Assembly: GCA_963516605.1 (NCBI GenBank)
Contig: CAUQBP010000010.1
Coordinates: 2,289 to 66,288 of the forward strand
DNA from: an uncultured Veillonella sp.
Lineage (GTDB): Bacteria > Bacillota > Negativicutes > Veillonellales > Veillonellaceae
DNA: 64,000 bases
Direction of reading: 5' to 3'
In this document: positions 20,213-30,173 of the stretch, in pieces
Position numbering within the stretch: the stretch's first letter is position 1
How the letters are laid out: each line of letters starts with the position of its first letter
Notes under the pieces: model-generated
What the model was told of the DNA's origin: nothing
The model's input: only the letters and a program-made list of their open reading frames with translations
Databases searched by the model: none
Program-made: the position numbers and the translations under genes

Positions 20213-22651
20213 CTAGTCTACGTTTTGTGGTTCCAACACGTCTTCATGGTGGGTCTTAGCATCAGCTAGATGATCAACCGGTTCTTCTTCTGCTATTGTG
20301 TCCACATTAATTTGGATTCGGTATAAATACATAATTGTTTCATCCGTAATAGCTTCTTTCATACTTTCGAACATGTCATAGGCCTCAAATTTGTATTCTA
20401 CTAATGGGTTTTTTTGTCCATATGCACGTAGGCCAATCCCTTCTTTTAACATATCCATAGCATCCAAATGTTCCATCCATTTGCTGTCTACCACTTTAAG
20501 CATGATGGCTTTTTCAAGCTCACGCATATTGGCTTCCCCAAATAAGGATTCACGTTTTTTATACTCTTTGTGAGCAATGTCGATTAAATGTTCTTGCAAT
20601 TCTGCACGACCATATTCTTCCATTTGCTCCACTGTTAACATACCTGGCTCTAAGAAGTAAATTTCTAAATGTTTTAGCAAGCCTTCATAGTTCCATTCTT
20701 CTGGATATAATTTTTCATCTGCATATTGATTCATAGAATTGATAATCAAATTATCTACCATATGCAAGATCGTTTCACGTAAGGATTGGTTATTCAAGAT
20801 CAAACGACGTTGTCCGTACAATACTTCCCGTTGTTGATTCATAACATCATCATATTCCAAGATATACTTACGAATATTAAAGTTATGATTTTCTACTTTT
20901 TTCTGTGCTCGTTCGATGGATTTAGTAATCAAAGAATGCTCAATTGGCTCATCTTCTTCCATACCTAATTTATCCATCATACCGGCAATATTATCTGCGC
21001 CAAAAATACGCATTAAATCATCTTCCAAAGATAAGAAGAATTGAGAGGAACCATTGTCCCCTTGACGACCAGAACGACCGCGCAACTGATTATCGATACG
21101 ACGACTTTCATGTCGCTCAGTACCTAAAATGTGCAAACCACCTAATTCAGCTACACCTTCCCCTAAGGAAATATCGGTACCACGGCCCGCCATATTCGTG
21201 GCAATTGTTACCATACCATACTGACCTGCATTCGCAACAATTTCCGCTTCTTTTTCATGATGTTTTGCATTCAATACATTGTGAGGTACACCTGCTTTTG
21301 TCAACATATCACTAAGCATTTCAGATTGCGTAATGGATGTAGTGCCCACCAAGATTGGTTGCCCTGTTTTATGACGTTCCACTACATCTCGTACAACAGC
21401 ACGGTATTTAGCATCTTTTGTTTTAAAAATTAAATCTGGCATATCCACACGTGCCAATACTTTATTTGGTGGAATTTCGTATACTTCCAAACCGTAAATA
21501 TTGTTAAATTCTTGTTCTTCTGTTTTCGCTGTACCCGTCATACCAGACAATTTCTCATACATACGGAAATAGTTTTGGAATGTGATGGATGCTAAGGTTT
21601 GGCTTTCACGTTCAACACGTAAACCTTCTTTCGCCTCAATAGCTTGGTGTAAACCATCGGAATAGCGACGACCAAACATTAAACGACCAGTAAATTCGTC
21701 AACGATAACCACTTCGCCATCTTTCACGACGTAATCTTTGTCACGTTCCATCATAGCGTACGCACGAAGGGAGGCACTTAACAAGTGATTCAATTCTAAG
21801 TTAGAAGAATCATACAAGTTTTCGATGTGTAACATTTTTTCAACTTTTGCAATCCCTTCTTCTGTAGGAGCAATTGTTTTTTGTTTTTCATCGATCGTAT
21901 AATCTTCATCTTTCACCAAATGAGGCACTACTTTCGCTAATTCATAATAGCGTTCTGTAGATCGTTCCCCTGGACCAGAAATAATCAGCGGTGTACGTGC
22001 TTCATCAATCAAAATGGAGTCCACTTCATCGACGATGGCATAGTTCAACGGACGTTGCACCATTTGGTCTGCATGAACAACCATATTATCCCGCAAATAA
22101 TCAAACCCGAACTCATTATTTGTACCGTATGTAATATCTGCGCCATAAGATTGTTTCCGTTGGTCGTAATCTAAACCAGCTACGATTAAGCCAGTAGATA
22201 AACCTAGGAAATTATATAAACGTCCCATCCATTCGCTGTCACGTTTCGCCAAGTAATCGTTGACTGTTACAACGTGCACGCCTTTACCAGATAGGGCATT
22301 TAAATATACTGGCAAGGTGGCTACTAATGTTTTACCTTCACCAGTACGCATTTCTGCAATATTACCACGGTGCAATACAATACCACCAATCATTTGTACG
22401 TCGAAGTGACGCATACCCAATACACGTTTGGATGCCTCACGAACCACAGCAAATGCTTCTGGTAAAATATCATCTAATGTTTCACCATTTGCCAATCTTG
22501 CTTTGAACTCTTCTGTCTTTGCGCGCAAAGAAGTATCACTTAACGATAACAATTCTGGTTCCAATCCATTAATCTCTTCAACAATGGATCGAATCCGTTT
22601 AATTTCTTTTGCATTTTTATTGCCCAATAGTTTTTGTATAAAACCTAACAA
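20213..22651 (-). CDS. secA: Preprotein translocase ATPase
   Basis: [45 protein letters not shown]. Confidence 0.98.
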   Translation of the reverse strand: MLGFIQKLLGNKNAKEIKRIRSIVEEINGLEPELLSLSDTSLRAKTEEFKARLANGETLDDILPEAFAVVREASKRVLGMRHFDVQMIGGIVLHRGNIAEMRTGEGKTLVATLPVYLNALSGKGVHVVTVNDYLAKRDSEWMGRLYNFLGLSTGLIVAGLDYDQRKQSYGADITYGTNNEFGFDYLRDNMVVHADQMVQRPLNYAIVDEVDSILIDEARTPLIISGPGERSTERYYELAKVVPHLVKDEDYTIDEKQKTIAPTEEGIAKVEKMLHIENLYDSSNLELNHLLSASLRAYAMMERDKDYVVKDGEVVIVDEFTGRLMFGRRYSDGLHQAIEAKEGLRVERESQTLASITFQNYFRMYEKLSGMTGTAKTEEQEFNNIYGLEVYEIPPNKVLARVDMPDLIFKTKDAKYRAVVRDVVERHKTGQPILVGTTSITQSEMLSDMLTKAGVPHNVLNAKHHEKEAEIVANAGQYGMVTIATNMAGRGTDISLGEGVAELGGLHILGTERHESRRIDNQLRGRSGRQGDNGSSQFFLSLEDDLMRIFGADNIAGMMDKLGMEEDEPIEHSLITKSIERAQKKVENHNFNIRKYILEYDDVMNQQREVLYGQRRLILNNQSLRETILHMVDNLIINSMNQYADEKLYPEEWNYEGLLKHLEIYFLEPGMLTVEQMEEYGRAELQEHLIDIAHKEYKKRESLFGEANMRELEKAIMLKVVDSKWMEHLDAMDMLKEGIGLRAYGQKNPLVEYKFEAYDMFESMKEAITDETIMYLYRIQINVDTIAEEEPVDHLADAKTHHEDVLEPQNVD

Positions 22652-22706
22652 CTATCTCAACTCCTTATATGTGGAAAGTTTCAATTAAATACTATGTATC
22701 TAGATT

Positions 22707-22735
22707 ATTATAGCCTACTAGCAAGTAATAGTCAA
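22707..22735 (-). promoter_or_regulatory. Sigma70-type promoter for secA
   Basis: TTGACT-17 nt-TATAAT. Confidence 0.8.
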
Positions 22736-22783
22736 AAAGAAGTGATAAAAAGGCGGTAGCAAGTTGATGATTCTATACTATAT

Positions 22784-22819
22784 AAAAAAGATTAGACCGT
22801 GGCATTCACAGACTAATCT
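22784..22819 (-). terminator. Putative intrinsic terminator downstream of the CRISPR array
   Basis: AGATTAG...CTAATCT stem followed by a T-tract on the minus strand. Confidence 0.5.
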
Positions 22820-22911
22820 ATCCATTTCTGTATTCAATTCAAAATTTTATTTGCTATACCTTAGAGACAGGAAAATAATAATTCACATCAACAAGATCCA
22901 TGGCATATCCC

Positions 22912-22946
22912 TATACTATCTAATAAGTCGATTATTAGATAGTATA
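22912..22946. repeat. Perfect 15-bp inverted repeat at the CRISPR trailer end
   Basis: TATACTATCTAATAA-gtcga-TTATTAGATAGTATA. Confidence 0.85.
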
Positions 22947-22954
22947 AGAATTAC

Positions 22955-23583
22955 AGTTTATATATTTGCAGGATCACAGTACTCTCAAACCGTCACATAT
23001 TTTTTTGACGTAGTTATCAGTTTTAGACATTTACAGAATTGCACTACTCTCAAACATCTGGTGGGTATAAATTATGCTTTTTAATGTTTGAGATATTACA
23101 GAATTACACTACTCTCAAACAGCGCTTGTGCTTTAATTTTCTTGCGTTCGGTTTGAGGCATTTATAAAATTACACTAACTCTCAAACCGACAACAACACT
23201 TGCAAGCATGCTTCAAAGTTTGAGACATTTACAGAATTACACTACTCTCAAACACTTGTTCACTTTCACCACTCCTAATCCCAGTTTGAGACATTTACAG
23301 AATTACACTACTCTCAAACAGATGATAAATTCATTTTCTCTCCATAGCAGTTTGAGACATTTACAGAATTACACTACTCTCAAACAAATGCTTTATTTAA
23401 TAAAGAAAACTCTCCGTTTGAGACATTTACAGAATTACACTACTCTCAAACCAAGTTTATCTGAGTTAGAAAAAACGGTAGGTTTGAGACATTTACAGAA
23501 TTACACTACTCTCAAACCTTATATAGTTAATTTACCATAATGTAGAAGTTTGAGACATTTACAGAATTACACTACTCTCAAAC
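22955..23583 (-). CRISPR. Type II-A CRISPR array with 10 repeats (6 identical, 4 degenerate at the trailer end) and 9 spacers of 29-30 nt
   Basis: 36-nt repeat GTTTGAGAGTAGTGTAATTCTGTAAATGTCTCAAAC (minus strand); identical copies start at + positions 23218, 23284, 23350, 23416, 23482, 23548; degenerate copies at 22955, 23020, 23086, 23151. Orientation from the degeneracy gradient and tracrRNA complementarity. Confidence 0.97.
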
Positions 23584-23656
23584 CCCAAACCCCAAATACG
23601 AGTCCAAAGTTCCAAAGCTTGTCCAGTCACCACCAAGTGTAATCCTGTAAATACCG
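23584..23656 (-). promoter_or_regulatory. CRISPR leader (short)
   Basis: Interval between the csn2 stop and the first repeat; ends ATTTGGGGTTTGGG on the minus strand. Confidence 0.7.
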
Positions 23657-24331
23657 TTATATCAAACAAAAGTCACTGTCTAAAGTATACCCATTAATTA
23701 AAGATTTTTCAATATCATGCAGTCCATATGAACCAGATGATATACATAGAATGCATAACTGTTTCACTAATATAGTGTTAAAAAATTGATATAACTCCTC
23801 GGAGTCTAAATACATATCTATATTCATAATCACAAATAAATCTGGATGTAACAATTCATGAACAACATCGATGTAATCTACTAAGCGCACCACCGCATCT
23901 GTATCACTTTCATGTATTTTAAATGTTCCTAACTTGATGATATCAGATGCTACAATTTCTTCTTTATGTTCAATGGCAAGGGTTGACTCAAACTCTAATT
24001 TATAGAAAAACTGATGTAATTTAGACACCGTATCGTATAAATCTTCCATCATCAAATTACTTTCTTTCACTAGATTAGCATTCAACTTTGTTAAGATCGT
24101 TTTACTATTTACATCCACTTGAATGGGGTTCATGATAACATGAAGTGATTTGTCAATAGGTACGCCTTTAGCATTTACATTATATATCCAAGGCCCTTCT
24201 CCGCCATTATATTGCTCATACAGTTCTAAGATCATATGCCGAAACACACTATGCCTTTCAATGCATAAGTAATTAATCTTGGTAGTGTCCAAATTGATTT
24301 CTATCGTCGAATCTTGATAAAAAAGTTTCAC
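23657..24331 (-). CDS. csn2: Type II-A CRISPR-associated protein Csn2
   Basis: 224 aa, between cas2 and the array, C-terminal LDSDFCLI resembles the Csn2 ending. Confidence 0.88.
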   Translation of the reverse strand: MKLFYQDSTIEINLDTTKINYLCIERHSVFRHMILELYEQYNGGEGPWIYNVNAKGVPIDKSLHVIMNPIQVDVNSKTILTKLNANLVKESNLMMEDLYDTVSKLHQFFYKLEFESTLAIEHKEEIVASDIIKLGTFKIHESDTDAVVRLVDYIDVVHELLHPDLFVIMNIDMYLDSEELYQFFNTILVKQLCILCISSGSYGLHDIEKSLINGYTLDSDFCLI

Positions 24332-24648
24332 AGTACAATCACTCTCTCTGTTGTATCTAAAACTTCCGACTGCACTTCTCCAGTCAGTATTTCCATTTTA
24401 GAATATTGCTTTTCTGTCACTGTTAGTAAACAAACATTCCCCTCTACAGGCTTATGTTCTCGAAGTTGTTTCTCTAACAATTTAACACTTGTCGTATTTA
24501 ACACCAGTTTCACATACACCGATTCCTGTAACATAATAAAGCCATTCACTAATAGAAACTTTCTGAAATCACGATAGGCTTTTCTATGAACCGATGTATC
24601 TGTTGGCAAATCAAACATTACGAACACTCTCATAAATCTATAACTCAT
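24328..24648 (-). CDS. cas2: CRISPR-associated endonuclease Cas2
   Basis: MSYRFMRVFVMFDLP, YRDFRKFL, MLQESVY, TEKQY. Confidence 0.96.
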   Translation of the reverse strand: MSYRFMRVFVMFDLPTDTSVHRKAYRDFRKFLLVNGFIMLQESVYVKLVLNTTSVKLLEKQLREHKPVEGNVCLLTVTEKQYSKMEILTGEVQSEVLDTTERVIVL

Positions 24649-25516
24649 ATGTAATAAACCTAATCAAATCTGGATCATTATACGTTAGTGCATCTAATAC
24701 ACTTTTACAATAAATTCCTATAGCATCTTTTAACATAAACGTAGTCCCTTCTACTTTTACATCTAAAGCTAGTAAACTCACTAGACTTAGTTTTTCTTCC
24801 TTTCCAAATTCCTTAGGAGCTAAGCCGACTATTTTGTTATCCACAAATACTCGTAATACCTCTACCAGGTCTGACCCTAAATTGTAAGAATTAAATTGAT
24901 TTCGATGATTAATACCTAATTGTGTTATATATCCATTTCTAACAATCTCACGATTAACAGCAGATAAAAATATACTGTACCCATAATCCAATCCAGCATT
25001 AATAGGGTTTTCTTGCTCTCTCGTAAAAGTACTGCCAAACAAGCTATTAAAATATACTTTCGCTGCATGTCCTTCTCTCTGAGTTATGTCATTAAAACAT
25101 ATACCATCAATAAAACCATATAACATATTCATCTCATTAATATGTCCATTCTTTTCAAGTACACGAGCTTGGTTATGAATTTTCTCAGCTACGATACGAC
25201 TCCAAATATGCCCCTTAATTTCATCATCCCAGTTAGCTTGTTCACGGCATCGTTTACTTGTATTATGACAACCGTACAATGGCATTACTTCACTACTAGG
25301 GTTCCTCTTTTCATCGCAAAAAACTATTTTAACTTTAGCTTTTACTAACGCATTGAGAAGCACGGCAGTTAAACTTACTGCCGTAGATTCAATAATCACC
25401 ATGTAAATCTCATCAATAAACACTTTCTTTACATCGAATCCCTGCCGAACAATCATATAATTCATCTTAAAATCAAGTTTTGATTGCTTAGTTATAACTA
25501 CCGTGCGCCAACTCAT
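24638..25516 (-). CDS. cas1: CRISPR-associated integrase Cas1 (type II)
   Basis: MSWRTVVI, FCDEKRNP, REGHAAKVYF, NAGLDYGY, NLGSDLVE. Confidence 0.96.
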   Translation of the reverse strand: MSWRTVVITKQSKLDFKMNYMIVRQGFDVKKVFIDEIYMVIIESTAVSLTAVLLNALVKAKVKIVFCDEKRNPSSEVMPLYGCHNTSKRCREQANWDDEIKGHIWSRIVAEKIHNQARVLEKNGHINEMNMLYGFIDGICFNDITQREGHAAKVYFNSLFGSTFTREQENPINAGLDYGYSIFLSAVNREIVRNGYITQLGINHRNQFNSYNLGSDLVEVLRVFVDNKIVGLAPKEFGKEEKLSLVSLLALDVKVEGTTFMLKDAIGIYCKSVLDALTYNDPDLIRFITYEL

Positions 25517-25524
25517 AGTATCTC

Positions 25525-28500
25525 CTATTTTATTTTAATTTCATTTTCATATAAACCTGTAATAGATGTTGTGATGACACTAAAGCTTTCAGTATTAGAT
25601 ACATTAATACCGACTGTAGACCTTGAGCTTTTTATGTTAATCAGCTCTAAATTTCTAGTAGTTTTAAAATTAGTAATAATATTAAGGATTTCCATTAATA
25701 TAGTAACTTGATTTTCTAAAGATAACTCGCAAAATTTATCAAAACCTATAGTCTTAAATTCCTCTATTTTATTTCCTTTTAATTTAAGAAATAAAGGAGT
25801 AGAAAGCTTATCCATAAAAGCTTGATATAGTTTTTTATTATCTTCTGCTGTAACATATATTTCATTACCTAAATATGTAGTTGTAATATTATGAATATCA
25901 AATGTTTTAGGATTTTCTATTTTTTGATATTCAACTTTTTCCAGCAATTTAATATAAACACTAATATCATTATCTAATACTAAATCTATAGCACAATCTA
26001 CGCAGACTTTATCTCCAGTTCTTCCTCCTAAATAATATTTAAACCCATTAATATTAACTAAACTACCAATATAAAGACCTCTATACATGACTTCAACAAA
26101 TTTTATTTTTTTTTGCGTCTTTCGCGCCTTTAATATGCAGTGCAATAATATCTTCTCTGAGACATCCTTGATTAGAAACATATAATGGAAGCGGGAAGAT
26201 TTCAATCTTCTCTTTATCCTTTATATCTACAATTTTTAAAATAACATATTCAGCGATAGTCATTTTGGTTCTTCCACCATATTTTTCTACATCGCTTAAA
26301 TGCACATCTGACGATTTCAACGGCAAGTACACACCTCGTTTGGCTACGCCTTTTTTATACACTGTTTCATCGGATAGTCCTCCTTTTTGTGGTACTGCTC
26401 GTTGTGTCAGCCGTACGTCATTACTCCGCATCATCGTTTTGACAGTATCCATGCTAACCTGTGGATCCCAAATGATACTATCTTTATTTTCTGTTGAGCG
26501 AATTTCCTTTTCAAACATCTTCGTCAAATTATAGGTTCGATGAGTGCCATTTTGTTTAGCAAAGGCAAAGAAGTTCTTTGTAAATTTTTCATGGTAAATA
26601 TTGCCCACTACAATATTTAGATATGCATCTTTTGCATGATGATGGTGATTGATAGAGCGTACTTTAATAAACCCAAAATCTCTTCTAAAATCAGACACAT
26701 TTTCTGCTTTCGAGAATACCACATCTGTATCTGGGTATAATTGGCGTAATAATGTCGTCACCGCCTTAATAGACTGATTCGTAGAGACTAGTTGACGATT
26801 GATAAACTGATTTAACTCATCATCGGTTAAGGATTCTACTCGCACTAGACGATCATATTTCTTTTCAGAAATAAATCCCCGGTCCCACAATAATTTCCAA
26901 AATCCCTTTTGCTTCGCCTGAATCGCCTCATAAATCGGGAATCTGTCTGTTTTTTCCGCATTCAATCGCTTCTCAACCAGTACAATATTATGCCAGCTAT
27001 CATCCTTCGTTAAGCTCTGTGGGTAAATATGGTCAATATCATACTTATCGGTAAACAATTCATAAATATCAATTCTACGGCCAGAATACATGCAACGACC
27101 CATTTGCGTAAAATACAAATATAATTTTTTACTATTCAAGGCAGAGTCTTCTTTAGCCTCCAACTCTTGTTGTAAAGCATGTACATCTTCATCCTTAATT
27201 TGTTTGTACAACTCAACTAAATACGCTTTTCTAGACTGAGTCCGTTTTTTATCCGCTTTATTTGTACGAGCTACTTCCACAAATATTTTCTTTGGTAATT
27301 CTTTACGTATAGATACGATTTCATCAAGTATACGCAATGTTTGCCATACACTACGTTTTACCATTGGCGACAAGGATAAATCTTCTAACATTTCAAAGGC
27401 AGTTTTTTCTTTGGCTCCCAATACTTTTGTCACATACTCTTGGACCACATCAATGAAAGAATAAGAAGAGCTTAATAGTTGCATCAAATTTTCCTGACCC
27501 TCACGCATATGCTCAATAATAGTACCTGCTTCTGCATCGTCATCGTTCTTTTTCATACCCCAAATATCTGTCAAGAATTTTTTAGACAATCTGCCCCAAC
27601 CTGTATAGGTAAGTTTTCCTAATTTTTTAATTTGTTCTGTAGTAAGACGATCTCCATAATAGTTTTTCAACACTTGCCGCAACATCTCTTTACTTTCACC
27701 AAAGATAGTGATATATCGAATGATATCTTCTGCCATGGCATGGTCAAAATGTTCCCCTAAGATACGCTGCATATCTCTGTGGGATGTTAATTTCGTAGCA
27801 ATATGTTGATCCATGCCTGTGATGATAGGTGGCTGCGACACATAGTTATTATCTACTAAATATTTTGCGACCACTTTTTTCGTAGCTGTTTTACTATCTT
27901 GCAAGGACATAAAATGGTCTCTGATAAATGCTTGTTTCACATCTGCAGGTAATGGTTTATCGTTGACACGAATATTATTCAATTCATTCAGCAACGAAAA
28001 CTCAGCGTAGAGCAATGAATATTTAGGTAATACATCTTGGTCGATTAAATAGGTACATTTGTTAGTTAAGTTTTCAATGAATTTAACCGCCGATGCTTGG
28101 ACGTCAACCTTTTGTTCAAAGTTCCATGGCAACACTTGTCCTGCTTCTTTACGGACAACCCAAGCAAAACCACCATTTTCAATGGAGTGTGTTGGATTCA
28201 ATGGCCCCACATAATACGGGATTTTAAATTCTAAAATAGATATAATTTTATCCGCTACCGTCAATCCATCTTCCACTTCATTTAAAAATGGAAAATTTGC
28301 CTTAGCCTTGTCTAGGATGCGCACTAATTCTTCTTTGTGTAATTGATACGGCACAACACCATTTTTACTAATTCGTTGGAGTGGCAAAAATACGCCTTCT
28401 TCTATTTTTTGTAAGACCGTCGCTGTATCTTCTGTGACTGGCAAAGCAGACACTACTTTTTTCACGTATTTGAAGAAATCTTCTTCGGTAGTCGATGTGT

Positions 28501-29656
28501 TTCCCGTAACACCTTGCTTGATATACTTCACATAGTTGGCGCCTTTATCCACATCTGCCACAAACATGGCGTCATATAGTTTTCTGTCATCTTTCAGTAC
28601 AAACTTTAATAATACTAAATCTTCCTTATGCTGCATATAGGATTCTATTTTCGCCTCTGAAAGTGATTGCCCTGGTTTGATAATGGAGCTGATGACGATG
28701 ATATCATGTAAAACTTTACATTGATCCACAATGGCAAATTTGTCGCCCCATACCTCTGCATAGGCATCTCTCACATCATCATAGATAATCTTGCTAAGAC
28801 AAATATCTTTGAACTCTTTATCCTCTGGTACCACTATTTCAATATCTTCCTCAGTGAAAAGATCCACTAAATTTGCTTTTAATCCAACAATTAGATTCCC
28901 CCACGCTTTTAACCGTTTTTTATCAATACTAGAAAGTTTTTTCCAGTTCGAGATGATAGGTTCTAGCTGTTTTACTGTATCACTACGGCCTACACTTCTA
29001 TCTAATAATAGAGTGACTACAGAACTAAGCACCTGATCATCATCAATATATGTACAAAATCCTAATTCCCTTAACGTGGCTTGTACAACTTCATTAATTT
29101 CCCCATCTACAGAAAATTCTTTTTTGCCATATAAAAAATTTCCACGATATTTTAAGATATGATGAATGCCCAAGAATAACAAGCGAATGTCTTTCGTGCC
29201 TTCCGTCATCAAGTGATGGCGCAAATGATAGATAGTAGGAAATTCCTTGTAGTAGTCAACATCCGTATACTCTTTGTCCATGAACAATGTATATTTCACT
29301 GGATCCGTTTTGTCTTCTACATGGTATTTTGATTCATGAAGACGCATGAAAAATGTTTCATCTACCGCATTAATTTCTTTAGCAAATAATGACTCTAGTA
29401 ACAGTAATCGAAACTTCCGACGTTGTAAACGACGACGACCTGAGCGTTTCATACGAGTATCTACTGCTGTTTGCGCCTCTGTAAACAGTCTAGACCCCCA
29501 CATTTTATGAGACTTGAACTTCAATAATTCATACTTCTCATTTGTCACAGCCCAACCAACAGAATTTGTACCAATGTCGAAACCAATAAAATAATTGCCC
29601 CCTTTGAAACCTTTGTGCTTGCAAATCTGATCCTTGTATTTGTCAAAATCACTCAT
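25525..29656 (-). pseudogene. cas9: Cas9 (type II-A) interrupted by a one-base frameshift; two overlapping ORFs 26093-29656 and 25525-26205
   Basis: RuvC IGFDIGTNSVGWA, Arg-rich bridge helix, PYYVGPL, HNH YDIDHIYPQS, HHHHAKDAYL; start moved to ATG 29656 after AAGGAG; removing one A from the A9 tract at 26106-26114 joins the ORFs into 1376 aa. Confidence 0.9.
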
Positions 29657-29760
29657 TGTACTTCTCCTTTTCCATACAACATAACCGGCCTCACACAATA
29701 CAACTGTAAGTATTCATTACCATAGCTCAAAATGAATATTACCATATATTATTTAATTTC

Positions 29761-29789
29761 ATTATACTACTAAAAAACACTTGACTCCA
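29761..29789 (-). promoter_or_regulatory. Candidate cas operon promoter, overlapping the tracrRNA promoter
   Basis: Perfect TATAAT at 29761-29766 with a weak -35 (TGGAGT) 17 nt upstream. Confidence 0.45.
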
Positions 29790-29809
29790 TATCTTTTTTT
29801 GTATACAAT
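29781..29809 (+). promoter_or_regulatory. Sigma70-type promoter for tracrRNA
   Basis: TTGACT-17 nt-TACAAT. Confidence 0.8.
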
Positions 29810-29815
29810 GAAAGC

Positions 29816-29945
29816 ATCTCAAAGACATTTACGTTTGAGATATTTACAGAATCACACTACAAGTTCAAATACGAATTTATTTTCATCGCCCTTGGGGCAC
29901 CCGCTGTGGGTACTTAGCTCAATTCATTAAGAATTGAGTTTTTTT
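29816..29945 (+). ncRNA. tracrRNA
   Basis: Anti-repeat 29833-29860 (26/28 identical to the + strand repeat), AAG bulge, TTCAAAT lower stem, internal hairpins, terminator CTCAATTC-attaa-GAATTGAG plus T-tract; 5' end estimated from the promoter. Confidence 0.9.
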
Positions 29946-30025
29946 ATTATCCTTCTTTGAAAGCACGATACCACACATAGATTTTAGTACGCGATACTAG
30001 AGACTAAACAACTTATCACAAGAAC

Positions 30026-30066
30026 AAAAAAGGAACGTTGATCAATCTGTATCAACGTTCCTCTTT
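30026..30066. terminator. Intrinsic terminator, probably bidirectional
   Basis: AGGAACGTTGAT-8 nt-ATCAACGTTCCT flanked by an A-run and a short T-run. Confidence 0.75.
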
Positions 30067-30173
30067 ATATGTTTATTCGTGTATTAAGACCATAGATTGT
30101 CCTAGTAGATGTCTTACTGCCTCAGACAGTGAGATGCACCACTCCTACAGACAGCCGGAGGCATCCTATTATA

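Noticed and set aside
22991..23019. Resemblance of the oldest spacer (CATATTTTTTTG) to the cas9/tracr promoter region (CATATCTTTTTTTG)
   Set aside because: Low-complexity, needs a gap and does not cover the seed end; insufficient for a self-repressing guide.
22764..23084. 106-aa plus-strand ORF across the array trailer
   Set aside because: Overlaps hairpins and CRISPR repeats; no recognisable protein features.
23208..23540. 110-aa plus-strand ORF with repeated LRHLQNYTTLK
   Set aside because: Translation of the CRISPR array; the 66-nt period is a multiple of three.
25525..26205. 226-aa ORF as an independent accessory gene between cas9 and cas1
   Set aside because: It overlaps the truncated cas9, ends in SITGLYE like Cas9 C-termini and joins in frame after a single-base change.
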